Notes under the pieces: generated by a model
Seen by the model: the letters and a program-made list of their open reading frames with translations, nothing else
Database searches by the model: none
Told to the model about the DNA's origin: nothing
Part shown: positions 45,032 through 55,925 of the stretch, piece by piece
Layout: each line of letters opens with the position of its first letter
Position numbering within the stretch: position 1 is the stretch's first letter
Assembly (NCBI GenBank): GCA_965261345.1
Contig: OZ253449.1
Span: 1,472,001 to 1,536,000, forward strand
Length of the DNA: 64,000 bases
Origin: Chloroflexota bacterium
GTDB lineage: Bacteria > Chloroflexota > UBA11872 > VXNJ01
Direction: 5' to 3'
Made by a program: the position numbers and the translations under genes

Positions 45032-46003
45032 TTAGCGCTCGCGCTCGGCCAGCCGGTCGATTAGCTGCTGCAGCATCGACCTGTAACTAGTTTGAACTGG
45101 CAGCAGTCCGGTCAGGCGCCGGCAATTGGCAATCTTCTGTGCCAGCGCCGCTTGGACCTGGCCGCGGATACCGGCCGATTCAAGCTGGCCCAGGATGTGG
45201 AGCACCTGGGCGTTCGAATCGGCCGGGCCGGGGAGTTGACCGCCCGAGGTTTGGAACATGACCATCGGCAGACTCTTCTTGCCGCGGCGCAGGTCGCCCC
45301 CCACCGGTTTTCCGGTCACCGCTGGATCGCCCCAGATCCCCAACTCGTCGTCACGGATCTGGAAGGCCATGCCCAGTTCGTTGCCCAGGCGGCGCCAGGG
45401 CCCGCGCTCGGCCCCGGCGGCCAGCGCCCCCAGCTCCAGCGCGAGGCCAAAAAGCGCCGCCGTCTTGGCGCCAATCATCTGCTCGTACTCGGCCAGCCCG
45501 ACTCGCGCGCGCGCCTCGAACTGCAGGTCCAACTGTTGGCCGAATACCACCGTTGCGGCTCCGGCCGCCAGCAACCGGGTGCCCTCGGCGGCACGCTCTG
45601 AACCGGCGATGGCGGTAAAGGCGCGTGCGAAGAGCAGGTCGCCGGCGTTGATCGCGGTTGCGTCGCCCCAGATCGTCCAGGCCGCCGGTTGACCGCGCCG
45701 CCGCCGGTCGCGGTCCATTACATCGTCATGGAGCAGCGTCATGGCGTGGAATAGCTCGACGCTGGCCGCCGCCGGCAGCGCGGCATCTCCCCCGCCCAGG
45801 CTTTCGCCGACGAGATGGGCAAGCCCGCCGCGCAGCCCCTTGCCGCCGCCGGCTTGCGACCGCGGCGATCCGTCGCGCTCGGTCCAGCCCAGATGGTAGC
45901 TGGCCACCTGCGTGGCCAGCGAAGGATCCAGACCCATGGTATCGCGCATCGCCTGCAAAATGAGCGGCCGGCAGGCGGCAAGATAATCTGAAATGCTTAG
46001 CAC
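45032..46003 (-). CDS. Polyprenyl diphosphate synthase (IdsA/GGPPS-like)
   Basis: GGKGLR, HDDVMDRDRRRRG, KTAALF, FQIRDD, GKPVGGDL...GKK. Confidence 0.9.
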   Translation of the reverse strand: MLSISDYLAACRPLILQAMRDTMGLDPSLATQVASYHLGWTERDGSPRSQAGGGKGLRGGLAHLVGESLGGGDAALPAAASVELFHAMTLLHDDVMDRDRRRRGQPAAWTIWGDATAINAGDLLFARAFTAIAGSERAAEGTRLLAAGAATVVFGQQLDLQFEARARVGLAEYEQMIGAKTAALFGLALELGALAAGAERGPWRRLGNELGMAFQIRDDELGIWGDPAVTGKPVGGDLRRGKKSLPMVMFQTSGGQLPGPADSNAQVLHILGQLESAGIRGQVQAALAQKIANCRRLTGLLPVQTSYRSMLQQLIDRLAERER

Positions 46004-46150
46004 TGGGCGCTCGATTCAATTAATGACAAGCGGTTTCAAAACCCATCAACGCCGATCACTTAGGGGCCCCGGTCACCCGCCCCGATCGGGCAAAGCTTGA
46101 GTCCATTGCGGCAATACTTGCCAGTCTCCAATTGTTAGATAGAGGCTAAA

Positions 46151-47629
46151 TTGCAAAGTTCGGCTCTGGCCAGGATGAGTCTGCGGACCGGGTTTGCGCC
46201 GCAGGTGATCGGGTTCATCTGCGTATACCTGGGGACCTACGACGGCACCGCCTGGGCGGTGGTCCTGCCCGAGATCGCAGGGGAGCTCGAACTCGACCTG
46301 ATCGTTGCCCAGTGGGTCGTACTGGCGCCGATCATAATGACCGCGGCGCTGCTCCTGGTGATGGGCAATCTGGCCGACAAGATCGGTCACCGCCAGGTCC
46401 TCTACTACGGATTGGCGGCCTATGTTGCCGGGGCATTGCTGGTAATCCTCTCTAGCGGGTTCGCGTTGCTTATCGTCGCGCGCTTTCTAATGGGGGCCTC
46501 GATGGCGGTGCTCTTTACCGTGGGGCCGGCCTTTACGGTTCGGGCGTTTGTCCCATCGCAGCGCGCGCGCGCGCTGGCGCTCGTTGGCGTTACCACCTCG
46601 ATCGGCCTGGTTTCGGGTCCCCTGCTGGGTGGCCTAATGACCACCGTTTTCGGTTGGCGCAACCTGCTGTGGCCCACGCTGGTGATCCTGGCGGTATGTT
46701 TGCTGGTCATCTTCATTGCCAGCCGCATCGGTTTGTGCGAGCGGCTTTGGGAGACCCCGCGGCGCCCGGAGCGGCGATTCGACCTGCGCGGGGCGGTGCT
46801 TATGGTGCTCTGGCAGGGACCGCTGCTTTTTGCCATCACCCTGGGCAACGAGCGTGGCTGGCTCAGCCCCGAGATTCTGGGTGCCGGGGCGATCGCCCTT
46901 ATGATGCTTGCACTTTTTGTCTACCTGCAATTGAACACCGCCAATCCGACGGTGGAATTTAGGCTGTTTAAGCTGCGCGACTTCCGCCTGCCGGTGTTGG
47001 CCGCCTTTCTGGGTTTTATGGCGGTAACCGTCGGATTCCTGCTGCTGCCGATCTACATGGCCCGAGTGCTGGGACTCTCACCATTCATCATCGGCCTGGT
47101 GTACGCGTCGAGCCCGGCGATGATGTTCTTTGCGGCCCCGCTGGCCGGAATCTGGGCCGAACGCTCCGCGCCGCGCCGCCCGGCGACCCTCGGACTGGCG
47201 CTGATAGGGTTGGGCTCGCTGCTCCTGCTCCTGCTGCAGACTGATTCACCGGCCTGGCTGCTGCTGCTGCTGGTTCCGGTTGTCGGATTGGGGCTGGGAA
47301 CGTTCGAGTGGACGATAAACACCTCAATCGTTGGTTCGCTGCCGCGCTCGATGCTGGGGGTTTCGGCCGGATTCCTGGCCACCGCCCGGACGTTCGGGTT
47401 CACCGCCGGCCAGGCGGTCTGGGGGCTAACGTTCACCCTGGTGGTCACCTTGCAGGCCGGTACCGCCGAGGCGCTCGACGCCGGTCCCGAAGACCTGCTT
47501 TTGGGCTACCGGGTGTGCCTGGCCGGCGCCGCGCTGGTTGCCCTGCTGGGCGCGTATCTTGCCTTTAGGCAGCGCGACAACCCGGCGCCGGCCAGCGAGG
47601 CCGAGATCGCCGCGTTGCGGCCAAGTTAG
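46151..47629 (+). CDS. MFS transporter, DHA2 (14-TM) family
   Basis: GNLADKIGHR, GPLLGG, FDLRGA. Confidence 0.88.
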   Translation: MQSSALARMSLRTGFAPQVIGFICVYLGTYDGTAWAVVLPEIAGELELDLIVAQWVVLAPIIMTAALLLVMGNLADKIGHRQVLYYGLAAYVAGALLVILSSGFALLIVARFLMGASMAVLFTVGPAFTVRAFVPSQRARALALVGVTTSIGLVSGPLLGGLMTTVFGWRNLLWPTLVILAVCLLVIFIASRIGLCERLWETPRRPERRFDLRGAVLMVLWQGPLLFAITLGNERGWLSPEILGAGAIALMMLALFVYLQLNTANPTVEFRLFKLRDFRLPVLAAFLGFMAVTVGFLLLPIYMARVLGLSPFIIGLVYASSPAMMFFAAPLAGIWAERSAPRRPATLGLALIGLGSLLLLLLQTDSPAWLLLLLVPVVGLGLGTFEWTINTSIVGSLPRSMLGVSAGFLATARTFGFTAGQAVWGLTFTLVVTLQAGTAEALDAGPEDLLLGYRVCLAGAALVALLGAYLAFRQRDNPAPASEAEIAALRPS

Positions 47630-47687
47630 GCGCCGATGCGGTTTTTAAGCCGGCACCGGATCCCGGCCTACCTGGCCGGCACCGGTC

Positions 47688-49640
47688 CTAGGCCGAGGAG
47701 GGGTCGCGCTTTAGACGCGGTGCCGGATTAAGGCCGACCGACGGTTTTTGGGCGGCGCCGTCCTCGGTTGCCGGCGGCTCCTCGGGAGCGGGATTGACTA
47801 GAACCGGAAGCGGTACGTCCTCGCCGGCCAGCAACGCCTCGAACGTGGACAGCTCGATGCTCTCGGCAGTCAATAGGAAACGCGAGATTTTCTCCAACTG
47901 GCCCATGTGGACCTTGATCACCGCGGTGGCCCGGTCGTGCGCCTGGGTAACGATCTGAGTCACCTCGTCGTCGATCTGCTGGGCGACCGCTTCGGAATAG
48001 TTGCGTGTTTCCTGGATGTCGCGGCCCAGGAAAATCAGCTCATCCTTGCGCCCAAAGGTGCGCGGTCCGAGCTGGCGGCTCATCCCGTAGCGGGTGACCA
48101 TCTGGCGGGCAACGTCGGTGGCCCGTTCCAGGTCGTTGGACGCGCCGGTGGTAAATTCCTGGTAGATCGCCAGTTCGGCGGCGCGGCCGCCCATCATGGT
48201 GGCGATCTGGTCGTCGAATTGGCTCTTGGACATCATCGAGCGATCGGTGGGGGGCAGGAAGCGGGTGTAGCCGCCCATCCGTCCGCGGGCGATGATCGAA
48301 ATCTTGTGGACCGGGTCCATCTCCCCCATGTAGTGGCCGACGATGGCATGGCCGACCTCGTGGTAGGCGGTAATTTCCTTCTCGCGTTGGGTAATTACCC
48401 GGCTCTTGCGTTCGGGGCCGGCCACCACCCGGTCGATGGCTTCTTCCATTTCGACCATCGAGATTTCGGTCTTGTTCTCGCGGGCGGCCAGGATCGCCGC
48501 CTCGTTGAGCAGGTTCGCCAGGTCGGCCCCGGTAAAGCCCGAGGTCTCCTTGGCCACGACCAGCAGGTCGACCCCGGCGGCGATCGGCTTGCCCTTGGAA
48601 TGCACCCGCAAAATCGCCTCGCGGCCGCGGATGTCGGGCCGGTCGAGGATCACCTGGCGGTCAAAGCGCCCCGGGCGAAGCAGTGCCGGATCGAGGATGT
48701 CGGGGCGGTTGGTGGCGGCGACCACGATCACCTTGGTGTCGGATTCGAAGCCGTCCATCTCCACCAGGATCTGGTTGAGGGTCTGCTCGCGTTCGTCGTG
48801 GGAGCCGCCCAGTCCGGCGCCGCGCTGGCGCCCGACCGCGTCAATCTCGTCGACGAAGATCATGCAGGGTGCGCTCTGGCGGGCCTTCGCAAACAGGTCG
48901 CGCACTCGCGAGGCGCCGACCCCGACGAACATCTCGACGAATTCGGATCCCGAGAGCGAGAAGAACGGCACCCCGGCTTCGCCGGCGACCGCCTTGGCCA
49001 GGTAGGTCTTGCCGGTTCCGGGCGGACCCACCAAGAGGATGCCGGCCGGAATGCGGGCACCGATCTTGGTGAATTTTTCCGGATATTTGAGAAATTCAAC
49101 AACTTCGGTCAGTTCCTGCTTGGCCTCGTCGACCCCCTGAACATCCTTGAAAGTGACGGTTGGCCGCTGCCCGGAAATGACCCGCGCCTTGGTGCGGCCG
49201 AACGATAGTGCCTGGTTGTTTGATCCCTGCGCCTGGCGCATCATGAAGAACAGCAGGCCGACGATGAAGATGATCGGCAGGAACGAGAGCAATCCACCCA
49301 GGATTCCGCCCAGGCGCGAGGGTTCGGCGTATTCGACCTCGACCTGGGAGAAACCGATGTTGGCCGCCCGCAGATCAGCGATGATGTCGGTCTCTGCACC
49401 AATGGCCGCCGAACGGGTGACGTTGCCCGAATTGGTGTACTGCAGGGTGTTGTCGCCGGACACGTAGAGCTTGGGCCGGGCGCCGGCTAGGACATCGCCC
49501 TGGACGTCGGAGAGCAGCTGCGAATAGGAATACTGGGGCGAGCTGCTGGGGGCCGAGAAGACGATGAACAGCACCGCCAACACCGCGACCGCGATGACCA
49601 GGTAAACGAACCCGTTGCGGGTCCAGCGGTTGTTTAGCAT
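47688..49640 (-). CDS. ftsH: ATP-dependent zinc metalloprotease FtsH
   Basis: [27 protein letters not shown]. Confidence 0.98.
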   Translation of the reverse strand: MLNNRWTRNGFVYLVIAVAVLAVLFIVFSAPSSSPQYSYSQLLSDVQGDVLAGARPKLYVSGDNTLQYTNSGNVTRSAAIGAETDIIADLRAANIGFSQVEVEYAEPSRLGGILGGLLSFLPIIFIVGLLFFMMRQAQGSNNQALSFGRTKARVISGQRPTVTFKDVQGVDEAKQELTEVVEFLKYPEKFTKIGARIPAGILLVGPPGTGKTYLAKAVAGEAGVPFFSLSGSEFVEMFVGVGASRVRDLFAKARQSAPCMIFVDEIDAVGRQRGAGLGGSHDEREQTLNQILVEMDGFESDTKVIVVAATNRPDILDPALLRPGRFDRQVILDRPDIRGREAILRVHSKGKPIAAGVDLLVVAKETSGFTGADLANLLNEAAILAARENKTEISMVEMEEAIDRVVAGPERKSRVITQREKEITAYHEVGHAIVGHYMGEMDPVHKISIIARGRMGGYTRFLPPTDRSMMSKSQFDDQIATMMGGRAAELAIYQEFTTGASNDLERATDVARQMVTRYGMSRQLGPRTFGRKDELIFLGRDIQETRNYSEAVAQQIDDEVTQIVTQAHDRATAVIKVHMGQLEKISRFLLTAESIELSTFEALLAGEDVPLPVLVNPAPEEPPATEDGAAQKPSVGLNPAPRLKRDPSSA

Positions 49641-49781
49641 GCCGAGATCGGCCTAACCCGTGCGACTGTGGCCATCCCCGCTGCGGCGGGTCCTGGGCCC
49701 AGAACCGATTGCATATAAATCTGCCAGTTTCTAAGGGTTTGCGAGTCTAGCACCCAAGCTTGGCGCCGACCGTTTGTACCC

Positions 49782-51167
49782 CTATATACGAACCCCTGGC
49801 CCGGGCGGATTGTCGACCGGCCGAGCGTCGCCAAATTGCCAGCTGATTGCCACCGCCCGGCCGCCCGGCCCGTCACCTGGCGGCGGGCGCGGCAGCCGGA
49901 GCCCGCTCACGTAGACCGGCCGCCCCTTAAAGCGAAGGCCGAACGCGCCCGCCCGCCGCCAGGTGGGCAGGCCGGCCAGCGAAACTCCCATCGCCGCCGC
50001 CGGCTCAAGCGTGAGCGCCTCGAGTGGTGGTTCCAGTAGCAGAACGGCCCGGTTGTCGGCGCCGGACTGCGGGCCCTCCGCCGCCGCCGTGGCGGTCAGG
50101 GTCAGGCCAGGATCGGGCAGGTAAAGCGAACCGGGTACCGCCAGGCTTCCGCCGGCCAGTAGCCGGGGCGGCCGCCAATTGCTAGCGCAAACCAGCAGCT
50201 GCCCGCGCGATCGCTCGATCCGGGTGAGCGGGGTGAGCGGGAAACTGGCCGGAGCGCGGTCCGATTCGAGTGCAAAGCGCAGCCCCGCCCCCAGTGGATC
50301 GCGGCGCGGGTACTGGCCCGCGACCCGTCCGGCCAGATCGCGCAGCAGCAATCGGCCCAGGCCGGGCTCGATCCCGGCCAGGCCCTCGCGGCTGATTTCG
50401 TAGGCGCCAAAGTAGGGCGCGGCGCCGGCCTGGGCAAAAGCCAGTCGAGCGCAGATATCGATCGCTTCGGCCTCCTCGCGCAGATTCTGGGCGGCCCGCG
50501 CGATGGTCCGCTCAACCCCCGGGCGGATCGCCCGCAATGTCGGCATCACCGCCTTGCGGATGCGATTGCGATCGCCAATTGACTCATCGTTGCTGGGGTC
50601 GAGCCGGTAGGGGAGGTCGAATTCAGCCAGGTACGAAAGGATCTGGCGGCGCTCGATTGCCAGCAGCGGCCGCAACCGTGGCGGGCTGGCCGCGCCATTG
50701 ATCTCCGCCATCGCTGCCAGACCACGGGCTCCGGCCCCGCGCAGCAACCGCAGCAGCAGGGTCTCGGCCTGGTCGCCCAGGTGGTGCCCGGATAGGATCG
50801 CCTCGGCCCCGCAGCTGCGGGCGGCTTCTTCCAGGAATTCCCAGCGCTGGTTGCGGGCCCGCAGCTCGGCCGACTGGCCCGAGGCCGGGGCGACCAAATC
50901 ATCGGCCGCCGCGCTGGCGAATCCGCACTCCCAGCGCCTTGCCAGGTCGGCCACCAGCTGCCGGTCAAGGCCCGAATCGGGGCGCCAGCGGTGGTCGTAG
51001 TGGGCCAGTACCACGCCGACCCGCCTTTGCCGGGCCCAGGTCGTGGTCGCGTGACCTAGGCACACCGAATCGGGGCCACCCGAGACGGCCACCAGCAGAT
51101 TGGTCGGGGCGGTGATGCCGGCGCGCTGGAGCACGCCGGCCAGGGCGCCGGCAATCGGGGACCGCAA
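49782..51167 (-). CDS. tilS: tRNA(Ile)-lysidine synthetase
   Basis: AVSGGPDS, HHLGDQAET, RPLL, DPSN, RNRIR. Start is uncertain (TTG 51167 or 51188). Confidence 0.92.
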   Translation of the reverse strand: MRSPIAGALAGVLQRAGITAPTNLLVAVSGGPDSVCLGHATTTWARQRRVGVVLAHYDHRWRPDSGLDRQLVADLARRWECGFASAAADDLVAPASGQSAELRARNQRWEFLEEAARSCGAEAILSGHHLGDQAETLLLRLLRGAGARGLAAMAEINGAASPPRLRPLLAIERRQILSYLAEFDLPYRLDPSNDESIGDRNRIRKAVMPTLRAIRPGVERTIARAAQNLREEAEAIDICARLAFAQAGAAPYFGAYEISREGLAGIEPGLGRLLLRDLAGRVAGQYPRRDPLGAGLRFALESDRAPASFPLTPLTRIERSRGQLLVCASNWRPPRLLAGGSLAVPGSLYLPDPGLTLTATAAAEGPQSGADNRAVLLLEPPLEALTLEPAAAMGVSLAGLPTWRRAGAFGLRFKGRPVYVSGLRLPRPPPGDGPGGRAVAISWQFGDARPVDNPPGPGVRI

Positions 51168-51168
51168 G

Positions 51169-51600
51169 CTAGCTGCCGGTGGAACCAAATCCCCCGCGGC
51201 TGGGCGCGGTGACCCGATCCTGCTCGACCAATTCGCAGACCGGGGTGGCCACCACGAACGCCTGCGCGATGCGTTCGCCGCGGGCGATCGGCACCGGATT
51301 GGGGGTGGGGTTGTAGACGAGGACTTTGAGTTCGTCTTCGGGTCCGCGGTAGTCCGAATCGACCACCCCCACCCCGTGCGGAGCGATCAGGCCCTTGCGC
51401 AGCGGGGTGGAGGAGCGCAGCGCGACCAGCAGCGCATGCCCCTTTGGAACTGCAACGATCAGGTTGGCCGGAATCAGACCGGTCCGGCCGGGCGGGATAA
51501 GGGCTGCGGTGCGCGCATAGAGATCGAAACCGGCCGCGCCGCCGGTCTGGTAGGCCGGCGCCGGCAGGGAATCGTCGAGCCGCTTATAACTCAAACGCAA
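51169..51600 (-). CDS. dut: dUTP diphosphatase
   Basis: AGFDL, RSS, GVVDSDYRG, ERIAQ, RGGFGSTG. Confidence 0.95.
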   Translation of the reverse strand: MRLSYKRLDDSLPAPAYQTGGAAGFDLYARTAALIPPGRTGLIPANLIVAVPKGHALLVALRSSTPLRKGLIAPHGVGVVDSDYRGPEDELKVLVYNPTPNPVPIARGERIAQAFVVATPVCELVEQDRVTAPSRGGFGSTGS

Positions 51601-51617
51601 TCTGCCACCGCCCGGAG

Positions 51618-52019
51618 CTAGCTCCCGCTGAGGATCTTCCACCACCCTCGCAGATTCGACCCCGGCGACGGTTCGGGCGGCGATGGTTCGGATGGCAGAT
51701 CTCCAAGCGAGGCGGCCGCCGGGGCCGGCGGGAGCGGGAACCCGGTGAGGACGATCTGGATGTCGCCCGGTTCGACCAAGCCCAGTTCGCGCTTGGCCGC
51801 CGCCACAACGTAGTTGTCGGATTGGCGGTAGGCGATCAAATCGCGCAGCGACTGGCTCTCGCGTTCCACCGCGGCGATCTCGGCGCGCAACTGTCCGATC
51901 CGCAGTTCGGTCCCGACGATTACCGGCGAGCTAACGATTTGATTGGAAATAAGCCAGATTGCCGTCGCGAACATGACGACGGCCAGCACGCGCACGCTGA
52001 TGTGGGCCAGATGGGTCAT
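51618..52019 (-). CDS. Septum formation initiator (FtsB/DivIC family)
   Basis: TM helix, coiled coil, then AKRELGLVEPGD. Confidence 0.82.
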   Translation of the reverse strand: MTHLAHISVRVLAVVMFATAIWLISNQIVSSPVIVGTELRIGQLRAEIAAVERESQSLRDLIAYRQSDNYVVAAAKRELGLVEPGDIQIVLTGFPLPPAPAAASLGDLPSEPSPPEPSPGSNLRGWWKILSGS

Positions 52020-52172
52020 TGCGAATGGACGGGGGTTTGCTCGGGGTCCGCGGGTAATTTAAATTATGCTCGGGGCCTTCAAGGCCAGCTAGCTGGAAAA
52101 TATCATTGCAGGTTTAAAAAAATTCGGGACCGCCCGCCCTAAACCCTTCGAAAGCTTTAAGAACCCAGCGCG

Positions 52173-53324
52173 ATGCTCTCCGGCGATCCATTCCTCCCCC
52201 CGCCCGATCTTGACGGCGGCAAGATCGCCGTGGCGATGAGCGGCGGGGTCGACAGTTCGGTAGCGGCCGCCCTGCTCGCCCGCGCCGGGTACCAGGTGAT
52301 TGGTTACACGGTCGACATATGGCCCGAGCAGGGCCTGGACCCGACCGAACGCAACTGCTGCTCGCCCGAGGCGGCCGCCACCGCCAAGGAGGTTTGCGAC
52401 CTGATCGGGGCCGAACACGTGGGCGTCGACCAACGCGCGCTGTTTGCGGAGCAGGTGGTTGAAAAGTTTGCCGACAGCTATTGGCAGGGCCTAACCCCAA
52501 ACCCGTGCATCGACTGCAACCAGCACATCAAGTTCTCAACCGCATTCGAGCAGCTGCAAGCTCTGGGGGCGACCCGCCTGGCCACCGGCCACTATGCTCG
52601 AATCGCCCAGGACCGAAACACCCGACGCTTCCAGCTGCTTGAAGCCGCCGACCCGGCCAAGGACCAGTCTTACGTTCTCTACGTCCTCGACCAGGTAAAG
52701 CTGGGCCGCCTGCTGTTCCCGCTGGGGTCGATGGCCAAGGGCCAGACGCGGGCCTTAGCGCACCAGTTGGGCCTACCCAATGCCGACCGCCGCGACAGCG
52801 TCGACATCTGTTTTGTGGCCGGCAATTACCGTGATTTCATCAACGAGCAGCACGGCGGGCTGGGGTCGCCGGGACCGATATTGCTCGCGGACGGGTCGCG
52901 TATCGGAGAGCACCGGGGCCTTGCCGGTTACACCATCGGCCAGCGCCGCGGACTGGGCGTTTCGCACCGCGATCCGCTATTTGTGGCCCAGATCCTGCCG
53001 GACCAAAACGCGATCGTCCTGGGGCGGCGCGAGGACCTTTTCCGCCATTCCTTCCGGGTCGAACAGTTCAACCCGGTCTCGGTTGCCCGGCTGCGGGCCG
53101 CCCAACCGGCGACGGTGCGGGTGCGCTCTAGCGCCCGCCGGCTGCCGTGCCGGATTCAACCGGTCGGCGGATCGGCGGTCGAAGTCGCAATGGACGAGCC
53201 GGTCTGGGGGCTGGCGCCCGGCCAGGCGGCGGTGTTCTATGAAGGGGACCTGGTCCTGGGCGGCGGGCGGATCAGCGTCCGCACCGCCGCGCCGGTCGCA
53301 GGGGAGCTGGCCTGCGCGGTATAG
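52173..53324 (+). CDS. mnmA: tRNA 2-thiouridylase MnmA
   Basis: AMSGGVDS, PNPCIDCN, ATGHYA, KDQSY, YTIGQRRG, PGQAAVFY. Confidence 0.96.
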   Translation: MLSGDPFLPPPDLDGGKIAVAMSGGVDSSVAAALLARAGYQVIGYTVDIWPEQGLDPTERNCCSPEAAATAKEVCDLIGAEHVGVDQRALFAEQVVEKFADSYWQGLTPNPCIDCNQHIKFSTAFEQLQALGATRLATGHYARIAQDRNTRRFQLLEAADPAKDQSYVLYVLDQVKLGRLLFPLGSMAKGQTRALAHQLGLPNADRRDSVDICFVAGNYRDFINEQHGGLGSPGPILLADGSRIGEHRGLAGYTIGQRRGLGVSHRDPLFVAQILPDQNAIVLGRREDLFRHSFRVEQFNPVSVARLRAAQPATVRVRSSARRLPCRIQPVGGSAVEVAMDEPVWGLAPGQAAVFYEGDLVLGGGRISVRTAAPVAGELACAV

Positions 53325-53357
53325 CTGCTTGGCGCAGCGGCCGCGTCGGCGGCCCAG

Positions 53358-54299
53358 CTAGCGCTCGGGATCGACCGCTGGCGGGGATTGGCGGCCAATA
53401 CGGCGGGACCTAAGGTGCCGCAATAGCAGCGCCAGCAGAACCAGCAGCGGGATCAGCCACCAAGAGAAAGCAAGGGTTGCCAGGATCGCCTCAAGCAGGG
53501 TTTCGAGGAAGACCCAGGAGGCCTCCCAACCGGCCCGGGCGGCATCGGGTGGACCGAACAGTTCGGCCTCGCTGGGACCCGCCACGGCCTCCAATTCCAC
53601 CGAGAGGGTGGCCAGCGCCACCAGTTTGGAGAAGGTGGCCAGCTGGCTTTCGATCCGCTCGATCTCACGGCGGGTGTCGTTGAGGCGGTCGGTGACGGCG
53701 ACGATGTCGCTGATCGCCTCGCCCTTTTCCAATAGCGAGAGGTACTGGTTCTCGACCGCCCGGCGGTTGCGCAGGTCCGATTCGAAATCGGTGACCTGGG
53801 CGGTTACGTCTTCTGAATCGGTGCTAACTGAAAGAACTTCGACCGCCAGGGCCTGGATCCGTTCCTTGACCGGTTCGAATAGTTCGGCCGGAATCCGCAG
53901 GCTCATATAGGCCCCCTGCCAGGCCTTGGGCCCGTCCTCGGAGGAATCGGAATCGCCGTATAGATTGGAGTTCTCCACGTACCCGCCGGCGCTGCGGGTC
54001 ATGGCTGCGATCTGGTCGAAATCCTCCAGGACGTCATTTACCCGCAGCCGGATGTGGCCGTTAAGGATGATTTGCCGGCCCAGCAGCTCGGCCGACTGGT
54101 TGCCGGCCGAGTCGGCAACGACCTCCATGGCGGACTCGGTCTCCAGCTTGAATTCGACCCCTTCGCTGGCCGGAAACGGGGCAGATGAGACGGTCGATTC
54201 GTCGTCGCCGAACGGCGCGCCGATCTCAAAACAACCGGCGAGCAGTCCGCTAAGGGCGACTCCCAGCAGGACGATGGCGATTCGGGCGCGGATGCGCAT
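53358..54299 (-). CDS. DUF4349 domain lipoprotein
   Basis: LAGC lipobox; GGYVENS, LRIP, EDVT, coiled coil, C-terminal TM. Confidence 0.85.
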   Translation of the reverse strand: MRIRARIAIVLLGVALSGLLAGCFEIGAPFGDDESTVSSAPFPASEGVEFKLETESAMEVVADSAGNQSAELLGRQIILNGHIRLRVNDVLEDFDQIAAMTRSAGGYVENSNLYGDSDSSEDGPKAWQGAYMSLRIPAELFEPVKERIQALAVEVLSVSTDSEDVTAQVTDFESDLRNRRAVENQYLSLLEKGEAISDIVAVTDRLNDTRREIERIESQLATFSKLVALATLSVELEAVAGPSEAELFGPPDAARAGWEASWVFLETLLEAILATLAFSWWLIPLLVLLALLLRHLRSRRIGRQSPPAVDPER

Positions 54300-54372
54300 G
54301 CTAGTTACCGGGCCTTCCAGAATCTCGATCGCGGCTCGGCCGGTTTGGGCCGACCCGACCGGCAATGACCGC

Positions 54373-55092
54373 TCAATTCTCGCCCCCGTTTTTGCCGCGG
54401 GCGCCGGACCGGTTTTTTCCACTCTTCCAGCGCTGCGCGATCAGGGCGGCCAGCGCCGCCGGCCCGTCGCGCCAGAAGGCCAATTTTTTGCCCTCGTAAC
54501 GGGGCTCATAGGCGATCGGCAGCTGCAGGATCGCCTCGCCCGCCAAAAGCAGCTTGGCGGTTATTTCCGGTTCGATGTCAAAGCGCCGCGCGCTCAGGTT
54601 GAGTTCGAGCGCCAGCTGCCGATCGATCAGCTTGTAACAGGATTCCATATCGCGCAGGTTGGCCCGATAGATCAGGTTGGTGGCAAGGGTCACAAAGCGG
54701 TTGCCCAGCCGCAGCAGCGGGCGCTGCCGCGATAGGTCGCGGTAGCCGTAGGCGACCCGCGCCGAGGAGGCCTCGACCGCGGCCAGCAGGCGCATCAGGT
54801 CGCTGGGGTCGTACTCAAGATCGGCGTCCTGGATGGCCACGTAGCGGCCGACGGCCACCGCCAGGGCCCGGGTTACCGCTGCCCCCTTGCCTTGGTTTTG
54901 TCGGCTGGTGAGCAGCCGGATACGCGGATCGGAGAGCGAGTGCAGGAAATCGAGCGAGCCGTCGGTCGAGGCGTCGTCGGCAAAGACAAACTCGCAATCG
55001 TCGGGCAGCTTGAGCAGTCGCTCCACGACCCCGGGCAGACCGGCCCGCTCGTTGTAGACCGGGATCAGGATCGAGAGTTTTACGGAGTCCAT
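54373..55092 (-). CDS. Glycosyltransferase family 2 (DPM1-like)
   Basis: IPVYNE, DDASTDG, NQGKG, QDADLEYDP, DMESCYK. Confidence 0.92.
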   Translation of the reverse strand: MDSVKLSILIPVYNERAGLPGVVERLLKLPDDCEFVFADDASTDGSLDFLHSLSDPRIRLLTSRQNQGKGAAVTRALAVAVGRYVAIQDADLEYDPSDLMRLLAAVEASSARVAYGYRDLSRQRPLLRLGNRFVTLATNLIYRANLRDMESCYKLIDRQLALELNLSARRFDIEPEITAKLLLAGEAILQLPIAYEPRYEGKKLAFWRDGPAALAALIAQRWKSGKNRSGARGKNGGEN

Positions 55093-55787
55093 GTGCGCAA
55101 CCGCCAGTAAAACCGGGCCAGTTCGGCAAATGCCCTAATCACCACCAGCGGCCGCAGACCGGTCGATTTTCCGGCCCGGCGGCGATGGTGTTCGAGGCAG
55201 GCCTGTTCGACCCGGGCCCCCAGCTTGGCGGCCTTGGCCAGGATTTCGGCCGAGATGAATCCGCCTTCGCTCTCAAGCTTGAGCTTGCGCACGAACGCGG
55301 TCTCAAAGAGCTTGAAGCCGCAATCGAGGTCGCGGGTTGAAAACCCCAGTAACGCTCCGGCCAGGCTCGCCCAGGCGCGCGAGGGCAGGCCCCGCAGCGA
55401 TCCCTCGGCGCGCCGCCGGCGGTAGCCGAACACCGCCTGCCGTCCCTTGATCAGGCACAGCAGTTTGGGCAGGTCGGCCGGGTCGAATTGGCCGTCGCCG
55501 TCGCAGAATCCGACCAGCCGGCCGCGCGCGTTGGCAAACCCGGTCTTGAGCGCGCCGCCGTAGCCGCGATTGCGTTGATGGACGATCAATCTGACCCGGT
55601 CTCCCTGGCAGAGCGTTAGGCTCCGGTCGGCGGTCGCATCACGCGAGCCGTCGTCGACCAGGATCAGTTCCCAGCCGTAACCGCTCTCCTCAAGTGCCCG
55701 GATCGCCCGCCGGCCGATTGGCAGTACGTTGTCCTGCTCGTTGTAGAGCGGGAGAAAAAAACTCAACTCGACCGACGCCCCCGACAT
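55080..55787 (-). CDS. Glycosyltransferase family 2
   Basis: LPLYNE, DDGSRD, NRGYGGA, DGDGQFD, DLDCGFK. Confidence 0.92.
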   Translation of the reverse strand: MSGASVELSFFLPLYNEQDNVLPIGRRAIRALEESGYGWELILVDDGSRDATADRSLTLCQGDRVRLIVHQRNRGYGGALKTGFANARGRLVGFCDGDGQFDPADLPKLLCLIKGRQAVFGYRRRRAEGSLRGLPSRAWASLAGALLGFSTRDLDCGFKLFETAFVRKLKLESEGGFISAEILAKAAKLGARVEQACLEHHRRRAGKSTGLRPLVVIRAFAELARFYWRLRTWTP

Positions 55788-55925
55788 GGACCGGGCGGGC
55801 TGGTGCTGATGGTCAATCTGGCGCAGAAATAGCTTTCCCAGCGTCGAAGTTTGCAACGACATTGGCCGCTGTTACTGATAATGGCGGACTTATTGCATCC
55901 CGGCCAACTGCCATTTTTGCAAGCG

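Noticed and set aside
47907-49208. 433-aa ORF antisense to ftsH (similar long shadow ORFs at 8517-9692, 30081-31286 and 37102-38169)
   Set aside because: Expected by-product of high-GC codon bias; they overlap well-supported genes and show no motifs.
49700-49781. CIRCE-like half site (CTAGCACCC) upstream of ftsH
   Set aside because: No matching second arm at 9-nt spacing.
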